This document shows, in pieces, positions 37,901-47,286 of a stretch of 64,000 bases of DNA. The stretch covers positions 19,490 through 83,489 of the forward strand of contig CAVWMH010000010.1 in NCBI GenBank assembly GCA_963756075.1. Direction: 5' to 3'. The notes beneath the pieces are model-generated. The model worked only from the letters and a program-made list of their open reading frames with translations, was not told the DNA's origin and ran no database searches. Made by a program: the position numbers and the translations under genes. Source of the stretch: Candidatus Dormiibacterota bacterium. GTDB taxonomy: Bacteria > Chloroflexota > Dormibacteria > Aeolococcales > Aeolococcaceae. The stretch's first letter is position 1. Each line of letters starts with the position of its first letter.

Positions 37901-38552
37901 GAGCGAGGTGGTCGTGGGGTCGATCTGGTTGTATCTGCGACGCGGTGAAGTGGCCGCGGCACATCGAGTCGCCAACTCGTACATTCGCGAGCACGTCCGG
38001 CCGGACCTGCGGGACCTGCGCGACATCGCGCAGGCCGCCCTGATGAACGCCGACGGCGACCGGGTGGCGGCCCTGGCCCTGGCCGAGCCGATCATCGGGA
38101 GCAGCATCGTGCGCGATCCCTCGACGTTCCGGATCGCGATCGTCGAAGCGGTGGAGGCGGCGTTCGCGCTCGACGATCTTGCGAAGGTGGGGGAGCTCAT
38201 CGAGTACTTTCATGAGAATTCCCGTCCGGGACGGCAGCCCTCGGTCGATGCGCACATCGCGCGGTGGGAGGCTCGTCTGGCGGCGGCTCGTGGTGATCGT
38301 GACGAAGCTGGCAGCAGGTTCCGGCGCGCGGCCGAGGCGTTCTCGGCGCTGGGCCGGCCATTCTGGCTTGCGGTCACGCGTCTCGAATTTGCGGAGTTGC
38401 TCCTCGCCCAGGGGTATGACGCCGACGCGCGAGAGTTGGTGGCTCAAGCGCTCGCGACGTTCAACGAACTGCGTGCTGGTCCGTGGATCGCGCGTGCCGA
38501 GGCTGCGGCCGCAGCGTCCGCAGAATCAGGGGTTCGCTCGATCTCCGCCTGA
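34936..38552 (+). CDS. double zinc-ribbon + class III adenylate/guanylate cyclase + AAA_16-type NTPase + TPR protein (about 1204 aa), two frame breaks
   Basis: Three ORF-track pieces (34936..35685, 35708..37318, 36957..38552) join colinearly. CPSCG...CINCG...CPSCG...CGDCG ribbons. Cyclase core (VSVLFADLVGFT, EKFIGDAVMAVWG, MVNMASRV). P-loop ITGVGGVGKSRLA. TPR-like repeats to the end. Breaks at about 35623 and about 37211-37235. Confidence 0.85.
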
Positions 38553-38583
38553 TCCGCTCGTCAGGGTCGCAACGCCCGCAGGA

Positions 38584-39090
38584 TCAACGCTCCCAGGCAG
38601 GGATCGGGTCCCGTTTGCTGTCGAGCAGAAACTGTTCAAGGTGGGTCACGACAAAGCGATGGTCCTCGACCTGGGGCAGGCCGGACACCGCAACCGTGCC
38701 GACGCAGCCGGTCCGCCCGACGATGATCGGAAATGCGCCACCGTGGGCGGCGAACTTCGCGACGTCGAGGCGTGAGTGGGTGTCGAATTCCAGGCCGTCG
38801 GCGCGAAACTTGCATCCCACGAAATACGAGGAGTGCCCGTAGCGCTCGACGACGGCGGCCTTGCGCAGCAGCCACGCATCGTTGTCAGCCGATGAGCCCG
38901 GCAGCGCGGCGTGGAAGAGGCACTGACCAGTGCGCCGGATCGATATCGCCACGGGCAGGTGCAGCGCCAGGGCGGCCGCACGCAGGTGCGACCCGAGCGC
39001 CCATGCGGTGTCGTGGTCGAAGTACGGAAACACCAGACGCTCTTCTTCGGAGAGCAATGTCGCCAGCAGTTCGGCAGGGGATTCGCTCAT
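38584..39090 (-). CDS. UPF0303 / GlcG-HbpS-like (heme-degrading-domain) protein
   Basis: 168 aa. FDHDTAWALG...ISIRR...LRKAAVVERYGHSS...AAHGGAFPI...VGTVAVSGLPQVEDH pattern. The start overlaps the upstream gene's stop (ATGA). Confidence 0.7.
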   Translation of the reverse strand: MSESPAELLATLLSEEERLVFPYFDHDTAWALGSHLRAAALALHLPVAISIRRTGQCLFHAALPGSSADNDAWLLRKAAVVERYGHSSYFVGCKFRADGLEFDTHSRLDVAKFAAHGGAFPIIVGRTGCVGTVAVSGLPQVEDHRFVVTHLEQFLLDSKRDPIPAWER

Positions 39091-40118
39091 GACGCGGGTA
39101 CCTCGACCACCGTCCCGGTCGTGGCGCTCGACCTCGCCGCATCCAACACCGTTGCGGTCGCGACAGCATCGTGGGGATTGACCGGCGGTGGGTTGTTGCC
39201 GCGCACGGCTCCAGCGAACGTTGAATAGAAGAGATCCCAGCGCCCGCGCTCGGTGGCGTACGGACTGGACTTGGTTCCCGTGTGCAGAGTCCCGTAGGTG
39301 TCCGGGGGTTCCACACCCCAGCGTTCACCAAGCGATGCCGGAGTCTCGCCGGCTATGAGCGCGTTCTCCTGGGTGTCGGCGGGACCGAGCACGTACGTCG
39401 CGTCACTGCCGGTAACACGGTATCGGGGGCCCGGCGCGGACTGGCTCCAGCTTCCCCACAAATGGGAGCGAGCGCCGCCCCCATGCGTCAGGGCGACGAA
39501 CACGTCATCGTCAAGACCCAACTCGCGCACCCGCAGTTCCGCGTAGACCGAGATCGCCGGCCCGAGCAGGACGAGAGCCTGATCCACGAGATGGCTTCCG
39601 AAGTCGAGCAGCGTGCCGCCCCCGGACTTTCCGGGCCCTCGCTGGGGCGCGAAGCGTTCGAAGCGCAACTCGAAGCGGGTCACCGTTCCGAGCGTCCCGT
39701 CGGACACGAGCCTTTGAACGGTGCGGAAGTCCGAGTCCCAGCGTCGGTTCTGATACGGGCTCAGGAGCAATCCACGTTCATCAGCCAGTGCGACCGTGCG
39801 CCGCGCGGCATCAGGATCGAGCGCGAACGGCTTGTCGCAGACGACTGCCAGCCCCAGCTCGAGGGCCTGCTCGGTCAGGCTGGAATGCGTGTCGGCCGGA
39901 GTCGAGATGGCCACTGCCTCGGCGCCCGCATCGCGCAGCGCGCTCAACGAGGCGAAGGTTGGCGTGCCCGGGATCTCGCGCGCAATCAGTGCCTGGCGCT
40001 CCGGCGATGACGTCATCACCCCGATCAGGTCGCACTCGGGCGCTGACGTGATCAGCGGTGCGTGGAAAAACCGCCCGCCGAACCCGTAGCCGACGAGCCC
40101 AAACCGTACCGAAGCCAT
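39087..40118 (-). CDS. Gfo/Idh/MocA-family oxidoreductase
   Basis: 343 aa. N-terminal Rossmann VRFGLVGYGFGGRFFHAP. CDKPFA motif. Confidence 0.9.
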   Translation of the reverse strand: MASVRFGLVGYGFGGRFFHAPLITSAPECDLIGVMTSSPERQALIAREIPGTPTFASLSALRDAGAEAVAISTPADTHSSLTEQALELGLAVVCDKPFALDPDAARRTVALADERGLLLSPYQNRRWDSDFRTVQRLVSDGTLGTVTRFELRFERFAPQRGPGKSGGGTLLDFGSHLVDQALVLLGPAISVYAELRVRELGLDDDVFVALTHGGGARSHLWGSWSQSAPGPRYRVTGSDATYVLGPADTQENALIAGETPASLGERWGVEPPDTYGTLHTGTKSSPYATERGRWDLFYSTFAGAVRGNNPPPVNPHDAVATATVLDAARSSATTGTVVEVPAS

Positions 40119-40139
40119 CGCCGTCCCCCCGTGTTTCAG

Positions 40140-41174
40140 TCAGGCGAGACGCGTCGCCTGACTGGATCGCCGTTCCCCTGGGTAGACGACGCCGACCGCG
40201 GCTCGAGCGTCGTCCAGGATTTCAAGTATGGCGATCGTGTCGGCATGTGGTATCAGCGGGCTCTGCATGAGGCCGGCGCGAAGACAGCGCTCGACCTCCT
40301 CGATCTCCGGCCCGTAGCCAAAACCGTGTCCGGCCAGCGGATCGTTGGTGTGCTCCTCGCCGGCGTCGGTGTGCAGGATCAAACCGGTCGGGCGGTAGGC
40401 CTCGGGGAGGAATGAGATCCACCCCTTGCTGCCAAGGATGGCCGCTTCGTTGGGAGCATGTATCGGCGCCGACGTCCACAGCTGCGCCCCCGGGTGATCG
40501 CCGTACATCCACTGCATGGCGACCGTCTCATCGGACCCGGTGGGTGAGAGCGTGCCCACCGTCCGGACCTCGTCGGGGGGCCCCATGAACAGATACGCGA
40601 AGGTCACCGGGTACACCCCGAGGTCGAGCAGTGCGCCGCCCCCGTTGGCCAGCTCGTACAGGCGATGGCTCGGGTCGAATGGAAGGCCGAGCCCGAACTC
40701 GTTGCGCACCCCGCGCACCTCGCCGATCGCGCCGTCGGCAATGAGCTGCTGCGCCTTGCGAACCAGTGGATTGGTTCGCGTCCACATTGCCTCCATCGCG
40801 AACACGCCGGCCTCGGTCGCGGCAGCGAAGACCTCGCGGGCGTCTGCGGCGTTGAGACAGACGGGTTTCTCGATGAGCACCGCCTTACCGGCTTCGATCG
40901 CCATGAGCGCGTGCGCACGGTGGTGGGGGTGCGTTGTCGAGACGTACACCACGTCGACCTCGTCGTCGTCCACCAGCGATCTGTAGTCGCCATAACTCCG
41001 CGCCGCGTGATGGCGCGCGGCGAACTGCGCGGCGCGGTCCGCATCGCGTGCGGCCACGGCGGTGACGACGTTGCCGTCGGTCAGGTTGATGTCGTTGCTG
41101 ACGGTGTTGGCGATGCCGCCAGCGCCAAGGATTCCCCAGCGAATTGGACGGCCGTCGGCGATCGGTATGGGCAT
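40140..41174 (-). CDS. Gfo/Idh/MocA-family oxidoreductase (sugar or dihydrodiol dehydrogenase-like)
   Basis: Starts MPIPIADGRPIRWGILGAGGIANTV (ATG complement at 41172-41174). EKPVCLN motif. The ORF-track extension to 41393 overlaps the dehydratase gene. Confidence 0.9.
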   Translation of the reverse strand: MPIPIADGRPIRWGILGAGGIANTVSNDINLTDGNVVTAVAARDADRAAQFAARHHAARSYGDYRSLVDDDEVDVVYVSTTHPHHRAHALMAIEAGKAVLIEKPVCLNAADAREVFAAATEAGVFAMEAMWTRTNPLVRKAQQLIADGAIGEVRGVRNEFGLGLPFDPSHRLYELANGGGALLDLGVYPVTFAYLFMGPPDEVRTVGTLSPTGSDETVAMQWMYGDHPGAQLWTSAPIHAPNEAAILGSKGWISFLPEAYRPTGLILHTDAGEEHTNDPLAGHGFGYGPEIEEVERCLRAGLMQSPLIPHADTIAILEILDDARAAVGVVYPGERRSSQATRLA

Positions 41175-41190
41175 GTGATCTGTTCCTGTG

Positions 41191-42907
41191 CTAATGGGAT
41201 TCGCGAGAGACGGCGCTGCCGGTCGAGCCGAGCAGGAAGTCGAGGTCCGCGCCGGTGTTGGCCTGCTGGACGGTCTCCACGTAGAGCCGCTCCCAGCCGC
41301 GCAGCGGTCGGGCATAGGCGGTAACGGTCGCGGCGTCGGGCGATCGCGCCGCGAGTTCCTCCGGAGAGATGTCGACGTCGAGTCGGCGCGCATCGACGTC
41401 GAGGATCACGACGTCGCCGGTTCGCACCAGCCCGAGCGGGCCGCCGGCGGCCGCCTCCGGGGACACATGGAGTATCACCGTCCCGTACGCGGTTCCGCTC
41501 ATTCGGCCGTCACAGACGCGAACCATATCGCGCACGCCTTGCCGCAGGAGCTTGGCGGGCAGCGGAATGTTCGCAACCTCAGGCATCCCCGGATAGCCCT
41601 TCGGGCCGCAGCCACGCATGATCAAGACGGAGTCGGCGTCGACATCGAGATCCGGCTCATCGATGCGCGCGTGCATGTCCTCGATCGAGTCGAAGACCAG
41701 CGCCCGTCCGCGATGTTGCAGCAGATGCGGAGACGCCGCTGCGGGCTTGATCACCGCGCCGTCCGGAGCCAGATTGCCGTGCAGAACGGCGATGCCGGCG
41801 TGCGCTTCGCAGCGGCTGGGCGCGAGGGCGGATGACCTCGGGATCCCAGACGCGCGCGCCGGCGAGATGGTCGACAAGCGGTCTGCCCGTCACCGTGAGG
41901 GCGGCCGGATCGAGAAGGTCCTGCACCTCGCTGAGCACCGCATGGAGGCCGCCGGCGCGGAAGAAATCCTCCATCAGAAATCGACCGGCCGGCTGCAGGT
42001 CGACGAGCAGCGGGACCTGCGCACCGGTGGTGTCGAAGTCATCCTGAGTCAGTTCGACACCGAGCCGGCCGGCGATGGCGAGCAGGTGGACAACCGCATT
42101 GGTGGAGCCGCCGATCGCAGCCAGCGCGACTATGGCGTTGAGGAACGAGCCGCGAGTCAGGAGGGTGGACGGGGTTCGGCGCGCGGCGACCATCTCCACC
42201 GCAAGCCGGCCGGTGTTGTGTGCGCCCTCGAGGAGACGGCTGTCGGCGGCCGGCGTGCCGGCGAGACCGGGCAACACCATCCCGAGCGCCTCGGCGAGCA
42301 ACCCCATGGTCGACGCGGTGCCCATGGTGTTGCAGTGGCCGCGGCTGCGAATCATCGAGGACTCGGAGCTGATGAACTCGGCCTCGGAGAGTGTGCCGGC
42401 GCGGACCTCCTCGGAGAGACGCCAGACATCGGTGCCGCAGCCGAGCGCCTCGCCGTGGAAGGTGCCGGTCAGCATCGGGCCGCCGGGGACCACGACCGCG
42501 GGAAGGTCGACGGAGGCCGCGGCCATCAGCAGGGCCGGGATGGTCTTGTCGCAACCGCCGAGGAGAACCACGCCGTCGATCGGGTTGGCGCGGAGCATCT
42601 CCTCGGTTGCCATCGCGGCCATGTTTCGCCAGAGCATCGCCGTCGGCCGGACAAGGGTCTCGCCCAGGGAGACCACCGGCAGGTTGAGGGGAATGCCGCC
42701 CGCCTCGAAGACGCCCTGCTTGACGCTCTCTGCGACCTCGTTCAGGTGCGCGTTGCAGGGGGTGAGGTCCGAGGCGGTGTTGGCGATGGCGATGTGCGGG
42801 CGACCGTCGAAGGCGTGCGCGGGCAGGCCCCGCCGCATCCACGCCCGGTGGATGTAGGCGTTGCGATCGCTGCCCGCGTACCACTGCGCGCTTCGCTGCT
42901 CCGCCAC
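41191..42907 (-). CDS. IlvD/Edd-family dehydratase (probable sugar-acid dehydratase), frame-broken near 41815-41835
   Basis: ORFs 41657..42907(-) and 41191..41877(-) join. CDKTIPALLMAA, GHCNTMGTASTM, GGSTNAVVHLLAIAG, then ...DPEVIR | ...AGIAVLHGNLAPDGAVIKP, DGRMSGTAYG. About 571 aa after removal of one base. Confidence 0.85.
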
Positions 42908-42943
42908 ACTTGACCCCCTTTCGAGTGACCCCTACGAGGCCCG

Positions 42944-43933
42944 ATGACCAGACCTATATTGTCGAACCCTGAATTGGCAGTGCGTTGCCGCCGCTTCGCC
43001 ATCGACGTCGTGAAGCGGTTTCGCGCGTCAGTCGCCGGCGAGGAGCGGTGCACTCTCGGCGAGGGGCCCGTCTGGGACGGCCGCCGCAATCGCGTGCTCT
43101 GGGTCGATATCAGCGCGGGTGCGGTGCACACCGGGGCGCTCGATGGGAAGCTCGTCGCCGAGGACAGCGTGCTCGAGCTGCCCGAGACGGTGGGGGCGGT
43201 GGCATGTGCAAGAGACGGCGAACTTCTCGTAGCGGGCGCGCGCCGGCTGTACCGCGTCTCACCCGAAGGCGCCGTCAGCCCGGGCCCGCAGCTGATCGCC
43301 GACAACAAGGCGAGCCGGCTGAACGACGGCGCGTGCGATCCGGCAGGACGCTTTCTGGTGGGCAGCCTCGCGCTCGACAAACGCGCTCACGACGAAGTCC
43401 TCGTGCGGATCGACGCTGAGGGGCGGATCGACACCATCGATGACGACCTCGGCATGTCGAACGGCCTCGCCTTCACGCCGGCTGGCGATGTGCTGTACAG
43501 CATCGACACCGTGTCCAGGATCGTGTGGAGCCGCGAATACGACTCCCGCACCGGCTCGGTCGGTCGTCGCCGCGAGTTCCTGCGCCTCGACGGCAGCCCC
43601 GACGGGATGTGCGCGGATGAGGAGGGAAACCTGTGGATCGCAATCTGGGGCGCCGGACAGGTGCGATGCTATTCGCCGGCAGGAGAACAACGTGCCGTGG
43701 TCGACGTCCCGGCACCGAACACCACCAGCGTCGCATTCGTCGGCCCGACCCTGGAAACGCTGCTCATCACCACCGCCTCGGAGCAACTCTCCGCCACGCA
43801 GCACGCTCGTTATCCCAACTCAGGCCGGTTGTTCATCGCCCACGTTGAGCTGCGTGGGCTGCCCGTTCCGGCTTGGACAGGCGCACACGCGTGGCCGGAT
43901 CCTCTGGTCGAAGCGATGAGCGCGGAGAGTTGA
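42944..43933 (+). CDS. SMP-30/gluconolactonase/LRE-family lactonase
   Basis: LGEGPVWDG, NDGACDPAGRF, SNGLAFTP, PDGMCADEEGNLWIA motifs. The true start may be GTG near 43010, which would leave a roughly 100-bp divergent promoter region. Confidence 0.85.
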   Translation: MTRPILSNPELAVRCRRFAIDVVKRFRASVAGEERCTLGEGPVWDGRRNRVLWVDISAGAVHTGALDGKLVAEDSVLELPETVGAVACARDGELLVAGARRLYRVSPEGAVSPGPQLIADNKASRLNDGACDPAGRFLVGSLALDKRAHDEVLVRIDAEGRIDTIDDDLGMSNGLAFTPAGDVLYSIDTVSRIVWSREYDSRTGSVGRRREFLRLDGSPDGMCADEEGNLWIAIWGAGQVRCYSPAGEQRAVVDVPAPNTTSVAFVGPTLETLLITTASEQLSATQHARYPNSGRLFIAHVELRGLPVPAWTGAHAWPDPLVEAMSAES

Positions 43934-44946
43934 TGAAGGCGTTCGTCGTCGCGGGACCCCAGCACGGCGCGATCGATGAGGTTCCCAACCCCGTGGCGGG
44001 CGCAGGCGAGGCAGTCATCGACGTTCGCCGAGCCGGCGTCTGCGGCACCGATGTCGAGTTCTGGAGCGGTGAGATGGCCTATCTGCACCAGGGACACGCC
44101 GCGTACCCGATGCGCCTTGGGCACGAGTGGTGCGGTGTGGTCTCCGCGATCGGGGCGGGCGTCGACCCCACGTGGCTGGGACGGCGAGTCACCGGCGACA
44201 CGATGATCGGGTGCGGCCACTGCTCCCGCTGCCGGTCAGGGCGCCACAACGTCTGCGAGCACCGTGTCGAGATCGGTATCCGCGGGGGCGCACCGGGGGC
44301 GCTCGCCGAGCAACTCGCAGTCCCGGTCGCAGCGCTGCTTGCGTTGCCCGACAGCGTCGACGACACGGCCGGCGCCATGGTGGAGCCCGGCGGCAACGCA
44401 CTTCGCTCCGTGCGTGCCGCCGCACTGGAACCAGGCGATCGAGTCCTGGTGCTCGGCAGCGGCACGCTCGGACTCCTGGTGGCCGAGTTTGCCCGCGCCG
44501 ATGGCGCGGAGGTCCATGTCATGGGCCGATCGACGAGGAGTCTCGAATTCGCTGCCACGCTCGGCTTCGCCGGGGTCTGGCAGCGAACCGAGTTGCCCGA
44601 GTTGCCCTGGGACGCGGTCATCGACGCTTCCAACGCCGCCGAACTGCCGGCACTCGCTCTCGACCTGGTGGAACCCGGCAAGCGAGTGGTGTACGTGGGA
44701 CTGGCCGGACGTCCCAGCCTCATCGACACGCGCGCGCTGGTGCTCAAGGACGTCACCGCCGCGGGGATCCTCGCGGCGTCACAAGGCCTTGCCGGAACCA
44801 TCGACCACTACGCTGCCGGGTACGTCGACCCGCGGCCACTCGTCGCGGCGACCGTCGCACTCGACCGAGCCGGCGACGTGCTCGCCGGATGGCGACCCGA
44901 CACTGCTTCGGCGGCACCGAAGCTCCACATCGACCCACGTCTGTAG
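43933..44946 (+). CDS. zinc-dependent alcohol/polyol dehydrogenase (MDR family)
   Basis: MKAFVV...GVCGTDVEF, GHEWCGVV, CGHCSRCRSGRHNVC structural-Zn motif, GSGTLGLL Rossmann. In-frame ATG at 43933 (TGATG junction). Confidence 0.9.
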   Translation: MKAFVVAGPQHGAIDEVPNPVAGAGEAVIDVRRAGVCGTDVEFWSGEMAYLHQGHAAYPMRLGHEWCGVVSAIGAGVDPTWLGRRVTGDTMIGCGHCSRCRSGRHNVCEHRVEIGIRGGAPGALAEQLAVPVAALLALPDSVDDTAGAMVEPGGNALRSVRAAALEPGDRVLVLGSGTLGLLVAEFARADGAEVHVMGRSTRSLEFAATLGFAGVWQRTELPELPWDAVIDASNAAELPALALDLVEPGKRVVYVGLAGRPSLIDTRALVLKDVTAAGILAASQGLAGTIDHYAAGYVDPRPLVAATVALDRAGDVLAGWRPDTASAAPKLHIDPRL

Positions 44947-44977
44947 GACCGAAACCCGCAGGGAGGGTGCACACGAC

Positions 44978-45721
44978 ATGAACGACTTCGATGGACTCGT
45001 CGCGGTGGTGACGGGCGGCGCAAGTGGTATCGGCGCCGCCACGGCAGCACAACTTCGCGACCGGGGCGCGCGAGTGGCAGTCCTTGACCGCTCGTACACG
45101 GTCCTCGACCGCGATGCGATGGAGGTGCCGTGCGACGTCGCAGACGCCGACTCCGCGCGCGCGGCCATCGATACCGTGGCCACCGCATTCGGATCCATCG
45201 ACGTCGTCATCAACAACGCCGGCATCGGAGCGTCCGGGGACGTGGCGGCGAACGCCGACGAGGAATGGCATCGTGTGCTGAGTGTCAACGTCGTCGGTAT
45301 CGCGCGCATCACCCGTGCGGCGCTGCCGTTCCTGCTGCGGTCGAGCCACGCGGCCATCGTCAACACGTGCTCGGTGCTCGCCAATGTCGGCGTCCCCCAG
45401 CGCGCGCTGTACTCGGCCAGCAAGGGCGCGGTCCAGTCGCTGACACTCGCGATGGCCGCCGACTTTGTCCGCCAGGGCATTCGAGTCAACGCCGTCACGC
45501 CAGGAACCGCAGACACACCATGGGTGAGACGGCTGCTCGATCAGGCACCCGACGCGCAGGCGGCCGCGGCCGCGCTGCGCGCACGCCAACCCATGGGCCG
45601 CCTCGTCACGGCCGAGGAAGTCGCCTTCGCGATCGCCTACCTGGCGAGCCCGCTGTCGGGTTCGACCACCGGCACGATGCTCGCAGTCGACGGCGGCATG
45701 GATGGCGTGCGCCTGGGGTAG
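44978..45721 (+). CDS. SDR-family oxidoreductase
   Basis: VAVVTGGASGIGAA, NNAGI, YSASKGAV catalytic motif. GGGAGGG SD about 10 nt upstream of ATG 44978. Confidence 0.9.
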   Translation: MNDFDGLVAVVTGGASGIGAATAAQLRDRGARVAVLDRSYTVLDRDAMEVPCDVADADSARAAIDTVATAFGSIDVVINNAGIGASGDVAANADEEWHRVLSVNVVGIARITRAALPFLLRSSHAAIVNTCSVLANVGVPQRALYSASKGAVQSLTLAMAADFVRQGIRVNAVTPGTADTPWVRRLLDQAPDAQAAAAALRARQPMGRLVTAEEVAFAIAYLASPLSGSTTGTMLAVDGGMDGVRLG

Positions 45722-45747
45722 GGGAGCGGTGAGGCCTCTGCGCGGCC

Positions 45748-47286
45748 TCAGATGCCCGCTCGGTGAGTCCAGGCGCCGCCGAGCATGGTCCCGGCGACCG
45801 GCATCGTCCGCAGCGCACTCGGTTCAGCCGTGTACGGGTCACCATCCAGGACGACGAGGTCGGCGGGGTCACCGACCCTGAGTGACGTGTCACCGCGGCC
45901 CGGGCCCATCGACGCCGCAAGCGCCTCGACGACGCTGATCTCCTGCTCAGGATGCCAGCGCGGACGCTCGTCGCGGGTACGGTGCACTGCGGCGCCGATC
46001 GCCAGCCATGGATCGAGCGGCGCAACCGGCGCGTCCGAGCCGAAGCCCAGCACGGCGCCGACGTTGAGCAGTGACCGGAGCGGGAACGCCCGCCGCGCAC
46101 GCTCGCCCCAGTAGCGATCGGCGACGTCTCGGTCGTCGAGCGCGTGCTCGGGCTGGACGCTCGCCACAATCCCCAGCTGCGCAAAGCGGGCAAGGTCATC
46201 GTCGTCCAGGAGCTGCGCATGCTCGATGCTGCCGTGCGCACCGGTGCGGGCAAATGCCTGCAGTGCCAGCGAGTTGGCGCGATCGCCGATGGCGTGGACC
46301 GCACAGTCCAGACCCGCCTCGGTCGCGCGCAGCAGGAGCTGTGAAAGGTCGTCGGGCGGAACGATCAGGACGCCGAAGTTGTCAACGCCGCCGGCACGCA
46401 GCAAGTACGCATCGTGGCACCAGGCGGTCCGCGTGTTGAGCGAGCCGTCGATGATGGTCTTCAGCGGTCCGACCGTGAGCAGCCCGCCCGTTCCGTCGAC
46501 GACGTCACCGCTGTGCAGATGCCGCGCGATGGCGTCGTCGAATCGCTCGGGCCAGACACTGCTGGCGACGCGAAGCGAACGATTGCCGCTTGCGATCCGG
46601 CGCCGCCATGCATCGAGTGACCACGGCCTCTCCATGTCCACGATGCCGACGACGCCTCGTGCTGCCGCGGCACGTGACGCAGCACGGCACCAGGCATCGG
46701 AGACGTCATCGGCGACGCTCCCCACCTCGCGGATGACGTGCATCGCCGCCTCCTCACGCAGCAACCCGGTTGTGTGCTCGGCGTGACCGTACCGGCGGAG
46801 CGCGGCGCTGTTGAGCCACGCGCTGTGCAGGTCGGCGCTGATGAGCACCACAGGGACTCCACGGGACACCGCATCGAGGACCTCGCGATGCGGGGCGTCA
46901 GGCCAGAGCGCGTCCCGGAATCCGTACCCAACCACGGGTGTGTCGAGAGCCGTGTCGCGCAGCGCGACGTGCGCAGCGACCAGTGGCGCGGCCGCGGTTG
47001 CTGTGCGGGTGTCTGAGAGATCGAGCCGGGCGCTCATCTGCGCCCACTGGTCGAAATGCACGTGACGGTCCCAGAGTCCCGGCAACAGGAAGCGGCCATC
47101 CAGGTCGATCGATTCGTCTACCGGCGTTCCACCCTGGATGTCGTCGCCTCCTGCCACGTACCCGGATGTAATCAGCACGTCCCGGAGGGGTTGCGACGGC
47201 GCGACACGAGCGCGGCGAAGGCGGACGCTCGTCAAGACCAGAGCACCACGGGGCACCGTGGGCATGCTCCACTGTGCGGCGTGCAC
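45748..47286 (-). CDS. amidohydrolase (Amidohydro_3 / YtcJ-like metal-dependent hydrolase)
   Basis: LLPGLWDRHVHF, HAIGDRA, SIEHAQLL, FGSDAPVAPLDP motifs. The true start is probably internal (for example MPTVPRG), because the longest ORF overlaps the divergent neighbour. Confidence 0.85.
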   Translation of the reverse strand: MHAAQWSMPTVPRGALVLTSVRLRRARVAPSQPLRDVLITSGYVAGGDDIQGGTPVDESIDLDGRFLLPGLWDRHVHFDQWAQMSARLDLSDTRTATAAAPLVAAHVALRDTALDTPVVGYGFRDALWPDAPHREVLDAVSRGVPVVLISADLHSAWLNSAALRRYGHAEHTTGLLREEAAMHVIREVGSVADDVSDAWCRAASRAAAARGVVGIVDMERPWSLDAWRRRIASGNRSLRVASSVWPERFDDAIARHLHSGDVVDGTGGLLTVGPLKTIIDGSLNTRTAWCHDAYLLRAGGVDNFGVLIVPPDDLSQLLLRATEAGLDCAVHAIGDRANSLALQAFARTGAHGSIEHAQLLDDDDLARFAQLGIVASVQPEHALDDRDVADRYWGERARRAFPLRSLLNVGAVLGFGSDAPVAPLDPWLAIGAAVHRTRDERPRWHPEQEISVVEALAASMGPGRGDTSLRVGDPADLVVLDGDPYTAEPSALRTMPVAGTMLGGAWTHRAGI

